In this document: positions 8,627 through 18,041 of the stretch, in pieces
Position numbering within the stretch: position 1 is the stretch's first letter
How the letters are laid out: the number at the start of each line of letters is the position of its first letter
From: Candidatus Nealsonbacteria bacterium
GTDB taxonomy: Bacteria > Patescibacteriota > Minisyncoccia > Minisyncoccales > JANBVM01
Direction: 5' to 3'
NCBI GenBank assembly: GCA_026016225.1
Contig: CP061210.1
Span: 130,000-193,999 of the forward strand
Length of the DNA stretch: 64,000 bases
Made by a program: the position numbers and the translations under genes
Notes under the pieces: generated by a model
Databases searched by the model: none
The model's input: only the letters and a program-made list of their open reading frames with translations
Told to the model about the DNA's origin: nothing

Positions 8627-10168
8627 ATGACAATTAAAAAAATTCTCATTGCAAACAGGGGGGAGATTGCTCTGCGAATAATTAGAACATGTCAAGAAAT
8701 GGAAATTAAAACCGTTGCCCTTTGTCCTTTGCCAGGACAAGAACAAAATTTCCTTGAGACAAGACTGGCCGACGAATACTATTTCTTAAATAAAGAGGGA
8801 GCTGAAGGTTATCTGGATAAAAAAAAGATTGTTGAAATTGCCAAAAAAGCCAAAGTTGATGCTATTCATCCTGGTTATGGATTCTTATCTGAGAATTGGA
8901 GATTTGCCAGGCTTTGTCAGAAAAACAAAATTTGGTTTATTGGTCCCCATTTCAAGATGTTAAAAAAATTAGAAGATAAAATTGAAGCTAAAAGAATTGC
9001 TCAAAAAGCCGGTATCCCCACGCTTCCTGCAAGTAAGGGTCCCATTAAAACAAAAAAAGACTTGGTAAAATGGGTTGGGCAAATTAAGCCTCCTTTTGTC
9101 TTAAAAGCACAAAAAGGAGGAGGAGGAATCGGTATTCGGGTGATAAATGGAAAAATTGATTTTGGTAATCTTTTTACAATTTCCAGCGGAATTCAGAGGC
9201 AAATAGCTACGGCTTTTTCTGAAACAGATTTTTTCCTTGAAAAACATCTCCCAAATGCAAGGCATATTGAAGTTCAGATATTAGGAGATAAAAAAAAGGT
9301 ACTCCATCTCGGAGAAAGAGAATGTACTATTCAAAGAAGATTTCAAAAACTGTTCGAAGAAGCGCCCTCTCCTTTTCTTGATGATAAAGAAAGAGAAAAA
9401 ATAAGAAATTTAGCGGTAAAATTTGGCAAAAGATTAAGATATCGAGGAGTGGGCACGATTGAGTTTTTAGTGGATGAAAATAAAAATTTTTATTTTTTAG
9501 AAACCAATCCTCGACTCCAGGTAGAACACCCTATTACGGAAGCAATAACAGGTATCGATATGGTGGAACAGCAAATTAGAATTGCTCAAGGACAAGAGAT
9601 TCCTTTTTCTCAAGACGATGTTTTCTTTAATGGCTGGGCAGTAGAAGCACGAATTAATGCCGAAGACCCAAAAAAGAACTTTCAACCTGCACCTGGCGTT
9701 ATCCAGAAATATCTCCCTCCCGGAGGACAGGGAATTTTCTTGCATACCTTTTTACACGAGGGACAAGAAATTTATCCTTACTTTGATTCACTTTTAGCAA
9801 AGATTATTGCCCATGGAAAAACGAGGAAAGAAGCTATTTCTCGTTTAAAGAGGGTTTTAGATGAGATTGCTATTGAGGGAGTTCCAACCACTATTCCTTT
9901 TTTCAAGCTCCTTTTAAAAGATGAAAATTTCCTGAAAGGAAACTTTACCACTAACTTTATTGAAAAAAGCAAGATTTTACAAAAGTTATCCCCTCAAATT
10001 TGTCCCAAAAGACCCTTAAAAACCAGGGAGATAGAAGAAAAAGAATTAGCCAATATCATTTTTCAAATTTACAAAACTTTGAAAAGTTCAGAAAGTATTT
10101 CTCCTGAAAAAAAAGTTTCTGCATCAAACTGGGTAATGGCTGAAAGATCAAAAATGCTTAACGAATAA
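8627..10168 (+). CDS. accC: biotin carboxylase subunit of acyl-CoA carboxylase
   Basis: KILIANRGEIALRI, the ATP-grasp glycine-rich loop KAQKGGGGIGIRV, and EFLVDENKNFYFLETNPRLQVEHP. Confidence 0.9.
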   Translation: MTIKKILIANRGEIALRIIRTCQEMEIKTVALCPLPGQEQNFLETRLADEYYFLNKEGAEGYLDKKKIVEIAKKAKVDAIHPGYGFLSENWRFARLCQKNKIWFIGPHFKMLKKLEDKIEAKRIAQKAGIPTLPASKGPIKTKKDLVKWVGQIKPPFVLKAQKGGGGIGIRVINGKIDFGNLFTISSGIQRQIATAFSETDFFLEKHLPNARHIEVQILGDKKKVLHLGERECTIQRRFQKLFEEAPSPFLDDKEREKIRNLAVKFGKRLRYRGVGTIEFLVDENKNFYFLETNPRLQVEHPITEAITGIDMVEQQIRIAQGQEIPFSQDDVFFNGWAVEARINAEDPKKNFQPAPGVIQKYLPPGGQGIFLHTFLHEGQEIYPYFDSLLAKIIAHGKTRKEAISRLKRVLDEIAIEGVPTTIPFFKLLLKDENFLKGNFTTNFIEKSKILQKLSPQICPKRPLKTREIEEKELANIIFQIYKTLKSSESISPEKKVSASNWVMAERSKMLNE

Positions 10169-10174
10169 ATTTTT

Positions 10175-10561
10175 ATGAACTTAAAAATAAACATTCAAGG
10201 TAAAGAATACGATGTAGAAATTAAAAGATTAAACAAAGATAAAGTGAAGATAAAGGTAGGAAAAGAAGAGTTTATTTTTGAAGAGAAAGAAAAAGAGAAA
10301 GAGAAAATTGTAGTTGCAAAAACCGCTTTGCCTAAAAGAAAATTTAAAACAAAAGAAATTAAAGCCCCTATTGCGGGGACAGTTTCAGAAGTTTTTGTTA
10401 AAGAAAACGAATTCATTAAAAAAGGGAGGAAAGTTGTTTTGTTATCTGCAATGAAAATGGAAAATGAAATAATTTCTGAATTTGAAGGAAGGGTAAAAAA
10501 AATTTTGGCAAAAAAAGAGCAGAAGGTTAAAGAAGGGAAGGTCTTAATTATTTTAGAATAA
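10175..10561 (+). CDS. accB: biotin carboxyl carrier protein
   Basis: C-terminal biotinyl domain with the SAMKMENEI (AMKM) biotinylation motif. Confidence 0.8.
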   Translation: MNLKINIQGKEYDVEIKRLNKDKVKIKVGKEEFIFEEKEKEKEKIVVAKTALPKRKFKTKEIKAPIAGTVSEVFVKENEFIKKGRKVVLLSAMKMENEIISEFEGRVKKILAKKEQKVKEGKVLIILE

Positions 10562-10574
10562 CGTTAAAGAAATT

Positions 10575-11093
10575 ATGAAATTTAAAAAATATAAGAGAAT
10601 TTCTTCGACTAACGCTCTGGCAAAAAAGGTAAAGCATGAACCATGGCTGGTCATCTGGGCAGAAGAACAAACTGCGGGATACGGAAGAAAAAAAGATTAC
10701 TGGTTTTCTCCAAAAGGCGGACTTTATTTTTCGGTTGTTTTGCCAAAAAGCACCATTGATGATTTGCAAACTCTAACTATTTTAGCAGCTTTTGTAGTAG
10801 CTAAAGTGATGAAAGAAAATTTTAATGTAGAACCCATGATTAAATTACCAAATGATGTTTATCTAAACCAAAAAAAGATAGCTGGCATTTTAACAGAAAC
10901 TGTTGTGGGAACTAATGTTAAATTTTCAATAATGGGATTCGGTTTAAATACAAATATTGATAAATTTCCAAAAGATTTGGAAAATATTGCTACATCCCTT
11001 AAAATAGAATTAGGTAAAAAAGTAGACAATGAAAAAATTCTAAAACAAATAATAGAAGAGATAAAAAATCAATTAAGGACAATAAGCGAATAG
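10575..11093 (+). CDS. birA: biotin--protein ligase (short, no DNA-binding domain)
   Basis: GYGRKKDYWFSPKGGLYFSVVL matches the GRGRxWxSxxGxL BirA motif, and KLPNDVYLNQKKIAGIL is also typical. Confidence 0.7.
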   Translation: MKFKKYKRISSTNALAKKVKHEPWLVIWAEEQTAGYGRKKDYWFSPKGGLYFSVVLPKSTIDDLQTLTILAAFVVAKVMKENFNVEPMIKLPNDVYLNQKKIAGILTETVVGTNVKFSIMGFGLNTNIDKFPKDLENIATSLKIELGKKVDNEKILKQIIEEIKNQLRTISE

Positions 11094-11105
11094 TTTAAAT
11101 CCTAT

Positions 11106-12656
11106 ATGGCTTTTGAAAAAGAAATTAAAAAATTAAACGAAAAAATGCAAAGTCTGGAAAATCCAGATTTAATTGAAAAACAACACCAGAAAGGAAAACT
11201 AACTGCCAGAGAAAGGATTAACCTACTTTTAGACGTGGGTAGTTTTGTTGAATTAGATGCACTTGTTGAAACCAGATTTAGTAATCTTGGTCTGGATAAA
11301 AAGAAGTTCCCGGGCGATGCAGTAATTACTGGTTTTGGAAAAGTAAGTAAGAGGCAGGTTTATGTTTACAGCCAAGATTTTTCAAAAATAGGAGGTTCCT
11401 CAGGTGAAATGCACAGCAAAAAAATCATCAAGATTATTAATCTTGCCAGAAAAACAGGTTGTCCCTCAATAGGAATAATTGACTCTGGAGGAGCTAGAAT
11501 CCAGGAAGGGATATCAAGTCTTGAAGGATATGCGGGTATTTTTAGTGAAATGATTAAGTCCTCGGGAGTAATTCCTCAAATATCTATAATTGTTGGGCCA
11601 TCGGCCGGAGGCGCATCATACGCTCCTGGTTTATCAGACTTTGTATTCATGGTTGAGAGAATATCTCAAATGTATATCACGGGACCTAAAGTAATTAAAA
11701 AAGTTACAGGAGAAACGGTTTCTTTTGAAGATTTAGGAGGAGCTGTTGTCCACAGCTCAAAAAGCGGTTGTGCTCATTTTTCTTTTGATTCTGAAAAAGA
11801 GTGCTTTTTGGCAGTAAAAAGACTTCTTTCTTATTTACCGCAAAATAATATGGAAGACCCTCCAAGAGAAAGAAGTTTTCTTGCTGAACTCTTCGAAAAA
11901 GAACAAAGCTATAGGTTATTAGAGATATTGCCAGAAAAAGAAGAAAAGAGTTATGATATGAAAGAAATAATTGAGGAGATTTTTGATAAAAATTCTTTTT
12001 TTGAAGTTCAATCAAACTTTGCCGTAAATTCAATAGTGGGCTTTGTTAAATTAGGAGGTTTAGTGGTCGGCATTGTTGCCAACCAAACAAAATTTATGGC
12101 AGGCACCCTTGATATCGATTCTTCGGACAAAATCGCCCGTTTTGTTAGATTCTGTGATGCATTTAACATTCCCTTGATTAACTTGGTAGATACTCCCGGC
12201 TATCTTCCGGGAAAGGAACAAGAAAAAAAAGGAATAATCCGGCATGGAGCTAAAATATTGTATGCCTTCTCAGAAGCTACTGTTCCCAAAATCAGTTTAA
12301 TTATAAGAAAGGCCTTTGGAGGAGCTTATATTGCTTTAGCCTCTCGCCAGCTGGGGTATGATAAGATAATTGCCTGGCCATCAGCACAGATTGCGGTAAT
12401 GGGTCCTGAACAGGCAGTAAAAATTATCTATAAAAAAGAGCTGACAAAGAGTAAAGACCCAAAGAAATTAGAGAAAGATAAAGTTCAAGAATTAAAAGAA
12501 CTGTTCTTAAATCCCTATCAGGCAGCTAAACTCGGTTATATTGATATGATAATTAATCCAAAAGACACCAGGGTCATCCTAATAAAGTGTATGGAATCGC
12601 TTTTGAATAAAAGAGAAAGTAAAGTTGCCAAAAAACACGGAAATATACCTTTATAA
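11106..12656 (+). CDS. acyl-CoA carboxylase carboxyltransferase subunit (PccB/AccD5-like)
   Basis: 516 aa fused alpha/beta carboxyltransferase. It has QHQKGKLTARERI, GGARIQEG and FGGAY motifs. Confidence 0.85.
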   Translation: MAFEKEIKKLNEKMQSLENPDLIEKQHQKGKLTARERINLLLDVGSFVELDALVETRFSNLGLDKKKFPGDAVITGFGKVSKRQVYVYSQDFSKIGGSSGEMHSKKIIKIINLARKTGCPSIGIIDSGGARIQEGISSLEGYAGIFSEMIKSSGVIPQISIIVGPSAGGASYAPGLSDFVFMVERISQMYITGPKVIKKVTGETVSFEDLGGAVVHSSKSGCAHFSFDSEKECFLAVKRLLSYLPQNNMEDPPRERSFLAELFEKEQSYRLLEILPEKEEKSYDMKEIIEEIFDKNSFFEVQSNFAVNSIVGFVKLGGLVVGIVANQTKFMAGTLDIDSSDKIARFVRFCDAFNIPLINLVDTPGYLPGKEQEKKGIIRHGAKILYAFSEATVPKISLIIRKAFGGAYIALASRQLGYDKIIAWPSAQIAVMGPEQAVKIIYKKELTKSKDPKKLEKDKVQELKELFLNPYQAAKLGYIDMIINPKDTRVILIKCMESLLNKRESKVAKKHGNIPL

Positions 12657-12679
12657 GAACGTTTGGTTAATTGGTTAAT

Positions 12680-13273
12680 ATGAGTAAATTTTTTTCACTA
12701 TCAATCTTTGCCTACTTTTTAGGCTCAATTGTTTTCGGACACATTGTTGCTAAAATAAAAAAAGTTGACCTTTCCAAAATTGGCAGCAAATCTTATACCT
12801 CTACAAACGTTTCTCGGGCTTTTGGGTGGAGGTGGGGAATTTTAACAGCATTATTAGATTTTTCAAAGGGAACAATTCCCACCCTTTTAGCTCTTAATTA
12901 TTTACAAAATGAATGGCAGATTGTCGTTGTAGCAATATTACCTACGCTGGGACACATCTTCCCCGTTCTCTTTAAATTTAAGGGGGGAAAAGGAGGAGCT
13001 ACTTTCCTTGGAACCTGTCTGGCTTTGGTGGGTTTAAAAACTTTTATTCCTGCATTTTTAGTCTGGCTTCTTATCTTTGCTCTAACCAGAATTACAGCCT
13101 TCACAAACTTAATTTTTCCCTGGCTTTTTTCATTATTTTTATATTATTGGAATTTTCCTTTTTATTATTTTATGATTGGGGTTTTAGACTCTACACTAAT
13201 AACTTTTGCTTTAAGAAGTAATATAAAAAGATTCTTTAAAGGCAAAGAGCCTAAAACTCCCTTAAAACTTTAA
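12680..13273 (+). CDS. plsY: acyl-phosphate:glycerol-3-phosphate acyltransferase PlsY (paralog 1)
   Basis: Polytopic membrane protein with the GHIFPVLFKFKGGKGGATFLG PlsY block. The ATG at 12680 is preferred over the TTG at 12671. Confidence 0.7.
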   Translation: MSKFFSLSIFAYFLGSIVFGHIVAKIKKVDLSKIGSKSYTSTNVSRAFGWRWGILTALLDFSKGTIPTLLALNYLQNEWQIVVVAILPTLGHIFPVLFKFKGGKGGATFLGTCLALVGLKTFIPAFLVWLLIFALTRITAFTNLIFPWLFSLFLYYWNFPFYYFMIGVLDSTLITFALRSNIKRFFKGKEPKTPLKL

Positions 13274-13283
13274 TAATACATCT

Positions 13284-13952
13284 ATGGAAAATATTAATCT
13301 TTTTTGGATAATTTTTTCTTACATCTTAGGTTCGATTCCTTTTGGATACATAATTACCAAATTTTCAACAAAAAAGAATATTTTAGAAATTGGCTGGAGA
13401 AAAACTTCCGGTTCGAATGTTTTTAAGAATATCGGCAAATGGCAAGGGGCATTAACTGGAGTTTTAGATTTAGGTAAAGGGTTCTTGGCTGTTAAATTGG
13501 CGCAATTTTTGGGATTGTCAACATTAACCCAGGTTTTGTCAGGAGTAGCTGCTGTAACCGGCCATAATTGGTCGTGCTTTTTAAATTTTGCAGGCGGCAG
13601 AGGAATCGGAACTTTTGTCGGGGCCGGCTTAGCTTTAATTCCAAGAACTTTAGGACTTTCTTTAATCTTTCCTATTATATTAGCTCTAATATGGAACGCT
13701 TCAATTGGTACAATTTTACTTTTAATAACAATTATATTTCTATCTTCTCACTTTAATCAGTTTGAAACAGGAGGATTATTCGGTTTAATATCTTTAATAC
13801 CAATTTTTATTAAAAGGTTAAGTCCGATAAAAGAAATTAAAGCAGCTAAAGATAAAGGTGTTTTGATAAAGAATCGTTTAATTTTTGACGATGATAAAGC
13901 TTATTCGGAATTCAGAATAAAAAGAATAATCAGGAAGTTGACAAAAAAATGA
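13284..13952 (+). CDS. PlsY-like acyltransferase (paralog 2, divergent)
   Basis: GHNWSCFLNFAGGRGIGTFVG aligns with the PlsY core block of the upstream paralog, and the topology is similar. Confidence 0.6.
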   Translation: MENINLFWIIFSYILGSIPFGYIITKFSTKKNILEIGWRKTSGSNVFKNIGKWQGALTGVLDLGKGFLAVKLAQFLGLSTLTQVLSGVAAVTGHNWSCFLNFAGGRGIGTFVGAGLALIPRTLGLSLIFPIILALIWNASIGTILLLITIIFLSSHFNQFETGGLFGLISLIPIFIKRLSPIKEIKAAKDKGVLIKNRLIFDDDKAYSEFRIKRIIRKLTKK

Positions 13953-13973
13953 ATTTCAGTAAAGTTAAAATTA

Positions 13974-14000
13974 GTCCGCCCAAAACGGACACTATTTTTT
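13974..14000 (+). terminator. putative intrinsic terminator after the lipid gene block
   Basis: Stem GTCCG / CGGAC with a 7-nt loop, followed by ACTATTTTTT. Confidence 0.5.
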
Positions 14001-14042
14001 AAAATAATTGAAACCCCATATCAGAGGGGGTCAAGTATCATC

Positions 14043-15272
14043 ATGGATATAAAAAATTTTACATCAGCTATCACTCAAATTGGCGAAGAAAAAGGTCTTG
14101 CTAAAGAAAAGATTGTTGAAACTATTGAACAAGCTTTAGCCGCTGCCTATAAAAAGGACTACGGAGAAAAAGGGCAAATTATTAAAGCTAAAATTAACCC
14201 AGAATCAGGGGATGTTAAATTTTGGCAGGTGAAATTGGTTGTAGATGAAAATATGATTTATTCTGAGGAAGAATTAAAAAAAATAAAAGAAAAAAAAGGA
14301 GAAATCAAAGAAGAATCCCTGTCTGCTAAAGAAAAAGTTCGATTCAATCCGGAAAGGCATATTATGGTGTCAGATGCTAAAAAAATAAAATCAAAAATTA
14401 AAGCGGGAGAAGAATTAATTATTCCTTTGAAAGCTCAAAAAGATTACGGCAGAATTGCAGCCCAAACAGCAAAGCAGGTAATAATGCAGCGAATCAGAGA
14501 AGCAGAGAAAGAGGCTATTTTCCAAGAGTATAAAACAAAAGAAAACCAGATTGTTTCTGGAATCATCCAAAGAATAGAAGGTAGAAATATTCTTTTAGAT
14601 ATCGGCAAAACATTAGGAATATTAGCAAAAGAAGAACAGGTGCCGGGAGAGTTTTATCGCCCCGGTCAAAGATTAAAAGTTTATGTCTTAAAAGTTGAAG
14701 AAACACCTAAGGGTCCGAAAGTCTTCTTATCTAGAGCTTATCCCAGATTAGTATCCAAATTATTTGAGTTAGAAGTCCCGGAGATATCTTCTGGAGCAGT
14801 GGTAATAAAGTCTATAACTAGAGAAGCCGGCTCGAGAACAAAGATTGCGGTTGCTTCAAGTGAGGAAAGTATTGATCCGATTGGAGCAGCTGTTGGACAG
14901 AGAGGAACAAGGGTTCAGGTAGTAATAAATGAATTAGGAGGAGAAAAAATAGATATTATTGAATATTCAGAAGACCCCAAACAATATATAAGCAACTCTT
15001 TAAGTCCGGCTAAAGTATTAGAGGTAAAAATCCTACCCAAAAATAAAGCTTTAGCCATTGTTCCCGAAAACCAGTTATCTTTAGCTATTGGTAAAAATGG
15101 ACAAAATGTCAGATTAGCGGCAAAGCTAACCGGTTGGAAAATAGATGTTAGAGGTCCCGAATCTCAAAAAGAGGAAAAGCAAGAAGAAACAAAAGAAGAA
15201 TCCGCCTCTGTCAAGGCTTCAGCGGACAAAAAGAAAAAGAAAGAAAAAAAGAGTAAAGAACCTCTTTCTTAA
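14043..15272 (+). CDS. nusA: transcription termination/antitermination factor NusA
   Basis: N-terminal domain, then S1 and two KH regions (GAAVGQRGTRV, AIGKNGQNVRLAAKLTGWKIDV). Confidence 0.9.
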   Translation: MDIKNFTSAITQIGEEKGLAKEKIVETIEQALAAAYKKDYGEKGQIIKAKINPESGDVKFWQVKLVVDENMIYSEEELKKIKEKKGEIKEESLSAKEKVRFNPERHIMVSDAKKIKSKIKAGEELIIPLKAQKDYGRIAAQTAKQVIMQRIREAEKEAIFQEYKTKENQIVSGIIQRIEGRNILLDIGKTLGILAKEEQVPGEFYRPGQRLKVYVLKVEETPKGPKVFLSRAYPRLVSKLFELEVPEISSGAVVIKSITREAGSRTKIAVASSEESIDPIGAAVGQRGTRVQVVINELGGEKIDIIEYSEDPKQYISNSLSPAKVLEVKILPKNKALAIVPENQLSLAIGKNGQNVRLAAKLTGWKIDVRGPESQKEEKQEETKEESASVKASADKKKKKEKKSKEPLS

Positions 15273-15321
15273 TTTCTAATTTTATGTTAAAATAATCTAA
15301 GAGTTTTAATTTATTCAAACT

Positions 15322-15915
15322 ATGAATTTAATCCCCACTGTTATAGAAAAAACAAAATACGGAGCAAGAGCTTATGATATTTATTCAAGACTTTTAAAGG
15401 AAAGAATTATTTTTTTAGGAGGGCCAATTGTTGATCCTGTAGCAAATTCTGTTATTGCTCAAATGCTTTTCTTAACCTCCAAAGACCCTAAAAAAGATAT
15501 CCAGTTGTACATAAATTCCCCGGGTGGAATCCTTACCTCAGCCTTAGCCATCTATGACACAATGCAGTATGTGAAGTGCCCTATTTCTACTGTGTGTGTT
15601 GGCTCTGCTGCTTCTGGGGCTGCTGTTTTATTGGCAGCTGGAGCAAAAGGAAAAAGGTTTTCTCTGCCCAATGCTCAGATTTTACTACATCAGGTAGCTG
15701 TAAGCGGAGTAGGAGGAGCTGCAGTAGAAATTGAAATAACGGCTAAACACATCATTAATCTTAAACAAAGGGTAAATGAAATTTTAGCTAAGCACACGGG
15801 ACAAAAATTGAAAAGAATTGAAAAAGATACTGACCGAGATTTTTATCTTTCAGCTAAAGAAGCTAAAAACTACGGCCTCATTGATAAGGTAATAGAAACG
15901 AAAAAGCAAGTTTAA
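15322..15915 (+). CDS. clpP: ATP-dependent Clp protease proteolytic subunit
   Basis: [25 protein letters not shown], and [14 protein letters not shown] (catalytic Ser region). Confidence 0.9.
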   Translation: MNLIPTVIEKTKYGARAYDIYSRLLKERIIFLGGPIVDPVANSVIAQMLFLTSKDPKKDIQLYINSPGGILTSALAIYDTMQYVKCPISTVCVGSAASGAAVLLAAGAKGKRFSLPNAQILLHQVAVSGVGGAAVEIEITAKHIINLKQRVNEILAKHTGQKLKRIEKDTDRDFYLSAKEAKNYGLIDKVIETKKQV

Positions 15916-15970
15916 AGAAAAATTTTTTATAACCGAAAAATTATGACTAACTCTTTAACCCTTTTAAATT

Positions 15971-17500
15971 ATGAATCAGTTAACTCCATTAATCGTGGGA
16001 ATATTTTCCCTTTCCTTAGGAATAATCTTAGGTTATTATTCTCGTCAATCAATTGCCAAAAGGGACTGGAAAACAATCGAAGCAAAACTCCAAAAGAGAA
16101 TTCAAAAAACAGTAAAAGATGCTGAAGGAATTTTATCTAAGGCAAAAGAAAAAGCCTCTTTAGTTTTAGAAGAAACAAAAAGAGAAAGGGAAGTTAGAAG
16201 AAGAAGGCTTTTTAAAACCGAACAACTACTCTCAAGAAGAGAAAATATCTTAGATAAAAAGATAGCTAATTTTGAATTGAAACAAAAAGAATTTCAAGAA
16301 AAAGTTGAAAAATTGAAAGAAATTAAATCGGCATTGGAAGAGTTAAAAAATAAAACCCTTAAAGATTTAGAAAGAACTTCAAGATTAAGTCAAAAAGAAG
16401 CAAAAGCAGAGCTATTTAAAAATTTGGAAGCAGAATATAAGATGGATATTTTAGAGAGAATAAAAAAAATAGAATCTGAGGGATACGAAAAATTTGAAAA
16501 AAAAGCTAAGGAAATCCTGACAACAGCCATTCAAAAATATGCTCTTTCTCAAGCCCAAGAGATTACTACCACCACTGTCTCTCTGCCAAATGAAGATATA
16601 AAGGGGAGAATAATCGGTAAGGAAGGAAGAAATATCAGGACATTGGAGAGATTAACCGGGGTAGAAATTATTATTGATGAAACCCCGGAAACAGTAGTGA
16701 TTTCAGGATTTGACCCTATCAGGAGACAGATAGCTAAGATTGCTTTAGAAAAATTGATTTTAGACGGAAGAATTCAACCTGTTAGAATTGAAGAAAAAGT
16801 ACAAGAGGCAACTAAAGAAATAAATACTCAAATTAAAAAAGCAGGGGAAACGGCAGTTTATGAATTAGGCCTTATTGGTTTAAACCCAAAATTAGTTCAA
16901 TTATTGGGGAGATTGAAATTCAGAACAAGTTATGGTCAAAATGTTTTGCTTCACTCAATTGAAGTAGCTTATTTAGCTTCATTTTTAGCTGAAGAGATTG
17001 GGGCTAATCCTTTAATTTGCAAAAAAGCTGGTTTGTTTCACGATATTGGAAAAGCAGTTGACCATCAGATTGAAGGATCTCATGTTGATATTGGAATAAA
17101 AATCTTAGAAAAGTTTGGTGTGGAAAAAGAGGTAATTAATGCTATGAAGTCTCATCATGAAGAATATCCATATGAAACTATTGAGTCGATTATTGTCCAG
17201 GTTGCTGATCAAATCTCAGGCTCAAGACCGGGAGCAAGAAAAGATACTTTAGAAAATTACTTAAAAAGGTTATCTTCTTTAGAAGAAATTGCCACTTCCT
17301 TTCCCGGAGTAAAAAGGGCTTGGGCTTTACAGGCTGGAAAAGAAATTAGAATTTTTGTAAATCCTGAAGAAGTTGACGATTTTGAGGCGAAAAAAATAGC
17401 TAGAAAAATCGCTAAAAGAATTCAAGAAGAGTTAAGGTATCCTGGAGAAATCAAAGTAACTGTTATCAGAGAAAAAAGAGTAATAGAATACGCAAAGTAA
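15971..17500 (+). CDS. rny: ribonuclease Y
   Basis: N-terminal TM helix, coiled coil, KH motif (GRIIGKEGRNIRTLE) and HD domain (LFHDIGKA). Confidence 0.9.
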   Translation: MNQLTPLIVGIFSLSLGIILGYYSRQSIAKRDWKTIEAKLQKRIQKTVKDAEGILSKAKEKASLVLEETKREREVRRRRLFKTEQLLSRRENILDKKIANFELKQKEFQEKVEKLKEIKSALEELKNKTLKDLERTSRLSQKEAKAELFKNLEAEYKMDILERIKKIESEGYEKFEKKAKEILTTAIQKYALSQAQEITTTTVSLPNEDIKGRIIGKEGRNIRTLERLTGVEIIIDETPETVVISGFDPIRRQIAKIALEKLILDGRIQPVRIEEKVQEATKEINTQIKKAGETAVYELGLIGLNPKLVQLLGRLKFRTSYGQNVLLHSIEVAYLASFLAEEIGANPLICKKAGLFHDIGKAVDHQIEGSHVDIGIKILEKFGVEKEVINAMKSHHEEYPYETIESIIVQVADQISGSRPGARKDTLENYLKRLSSLEEIATSFPGVKRAWALQAGKEIRIFVNPEEVDDFEAKKIARKIAKRIQEELRYPGEIKVTVIREKRVIEYAK

Positions 17501-17520
17501 TTTAATTGCTCTCTAATTAA

Positions 17521-17551
17521 AAGAACAGCTCTAATAAGCTGTTCTTTTTTT
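17521..17551 (+). terminator. intrinsic terminator downstream of rny
   Basis: 10-bp stem AAGAACAGCT / AGCTGTTCTT with a 6-nt loop, followed by a T-run. Confidence 0.8.
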
Positions 17552-17555
17552 AAAA

Positions 17556-17627
17556 AGCGGGCGAAGGGAATCGAACCCTCATCATGGCCTTGGAAGGGCC
17601 AGATAATAGCCGTTATACGACGCCCGC
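17556..17627 (-). tRNA. tRNA-Gly (anticodon UCC)
   Basis: The reverse complement folds as a cloverleaf. Acceptor is GCGGGCG/CGCCCGC, anticodon stem TGGCC/GGCCA with loop CTTCCAA, and T-arm GAGGG-TTCGATT-CCCTT. No encoded CCA. Confidence 0.85.
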
Positions 17628-17668
17628 AAATTCAGCGAAGGTGAATAGTTTTGCAAAGCAAAACTTAA

Positions 17669-17739
17669 TCGGGGCACCCAGATTTGAACTGGGATTAAAG
17701 CCTCCCAAAGGCCTCGTGCTACCATTACACCATGCCCCG
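17669..17739 (-). tRNA. tRNA-Pro (anticodon UGG)
   Basis: Reverse complement: acceptor CGGGGCA/TGCCCCG, anticodon stem AGGCC/GGCTT with loop TTTGGGA, and T-arm CCCAG-TTCAAAT-CTGGG. Confidence 0.85.
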
Positions 17740-17911
17740 ATAAAAATTCTAATTCAATTCCGAATTTTATCACTTTGTTCTTCTTGCGTCAATGAAAGGA
17801 AAAACAGCTAATTGCCTTTATAAATTATCTTTGTTTTCTTTACACTTTATTTTTGGCTGGTTTAATGTTATATTGGGCAGAGGGCGGTAAACGTAATACA
17901 GGTGAAAGTAT

Positions 17912-17985
17912 GCCCTCGTAGCTTAATTGGAAAAAGCAGGACCCTTCTAAGGTCAAGAGTGCAGGTTCGATTCCTGCCGAGGGCA
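17912..17985 (+). tRNA. tRNA-Arg (anticodon UCU)
   Basis: Acceptor GCCCTCG/CGAGGGC, D-arm GCTT-AATTGGAAA-AAGC, anticodon loop CTTCTAA, and T-arm GCAGG-TTCGATT-CCTGC. Confidence 0.85.
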
Positions 17986-18041
17986 CACAAAATGAAAATA
18001 AATTAATAGATGCAAGAAAGATATCTGCTTTTACAAAAACT

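Noticed and set aside
15943-16125. The 60-aa ORF overlapping the rny start.
   Set aside because: It is out of frame with the conserved N-terminal TM helix of RNase Y, which starts at 15971, and overlaps it. It has no independent support.
17648-17664. The hairpin GTTTTGC-AAA-GCAAAAC between tRNA-Gly and tRNA-Pro, whose GCAAAGC apex matches the tsaE repeats.
   Set aside because: A 7-mer is expected several times by chance in 64 kb on both strands. The flanks share nothing with the tsaE units, and the hairpin lacks a U-tract on the tRNA strand. It is probably a processing or spacer hairpin of no special note.
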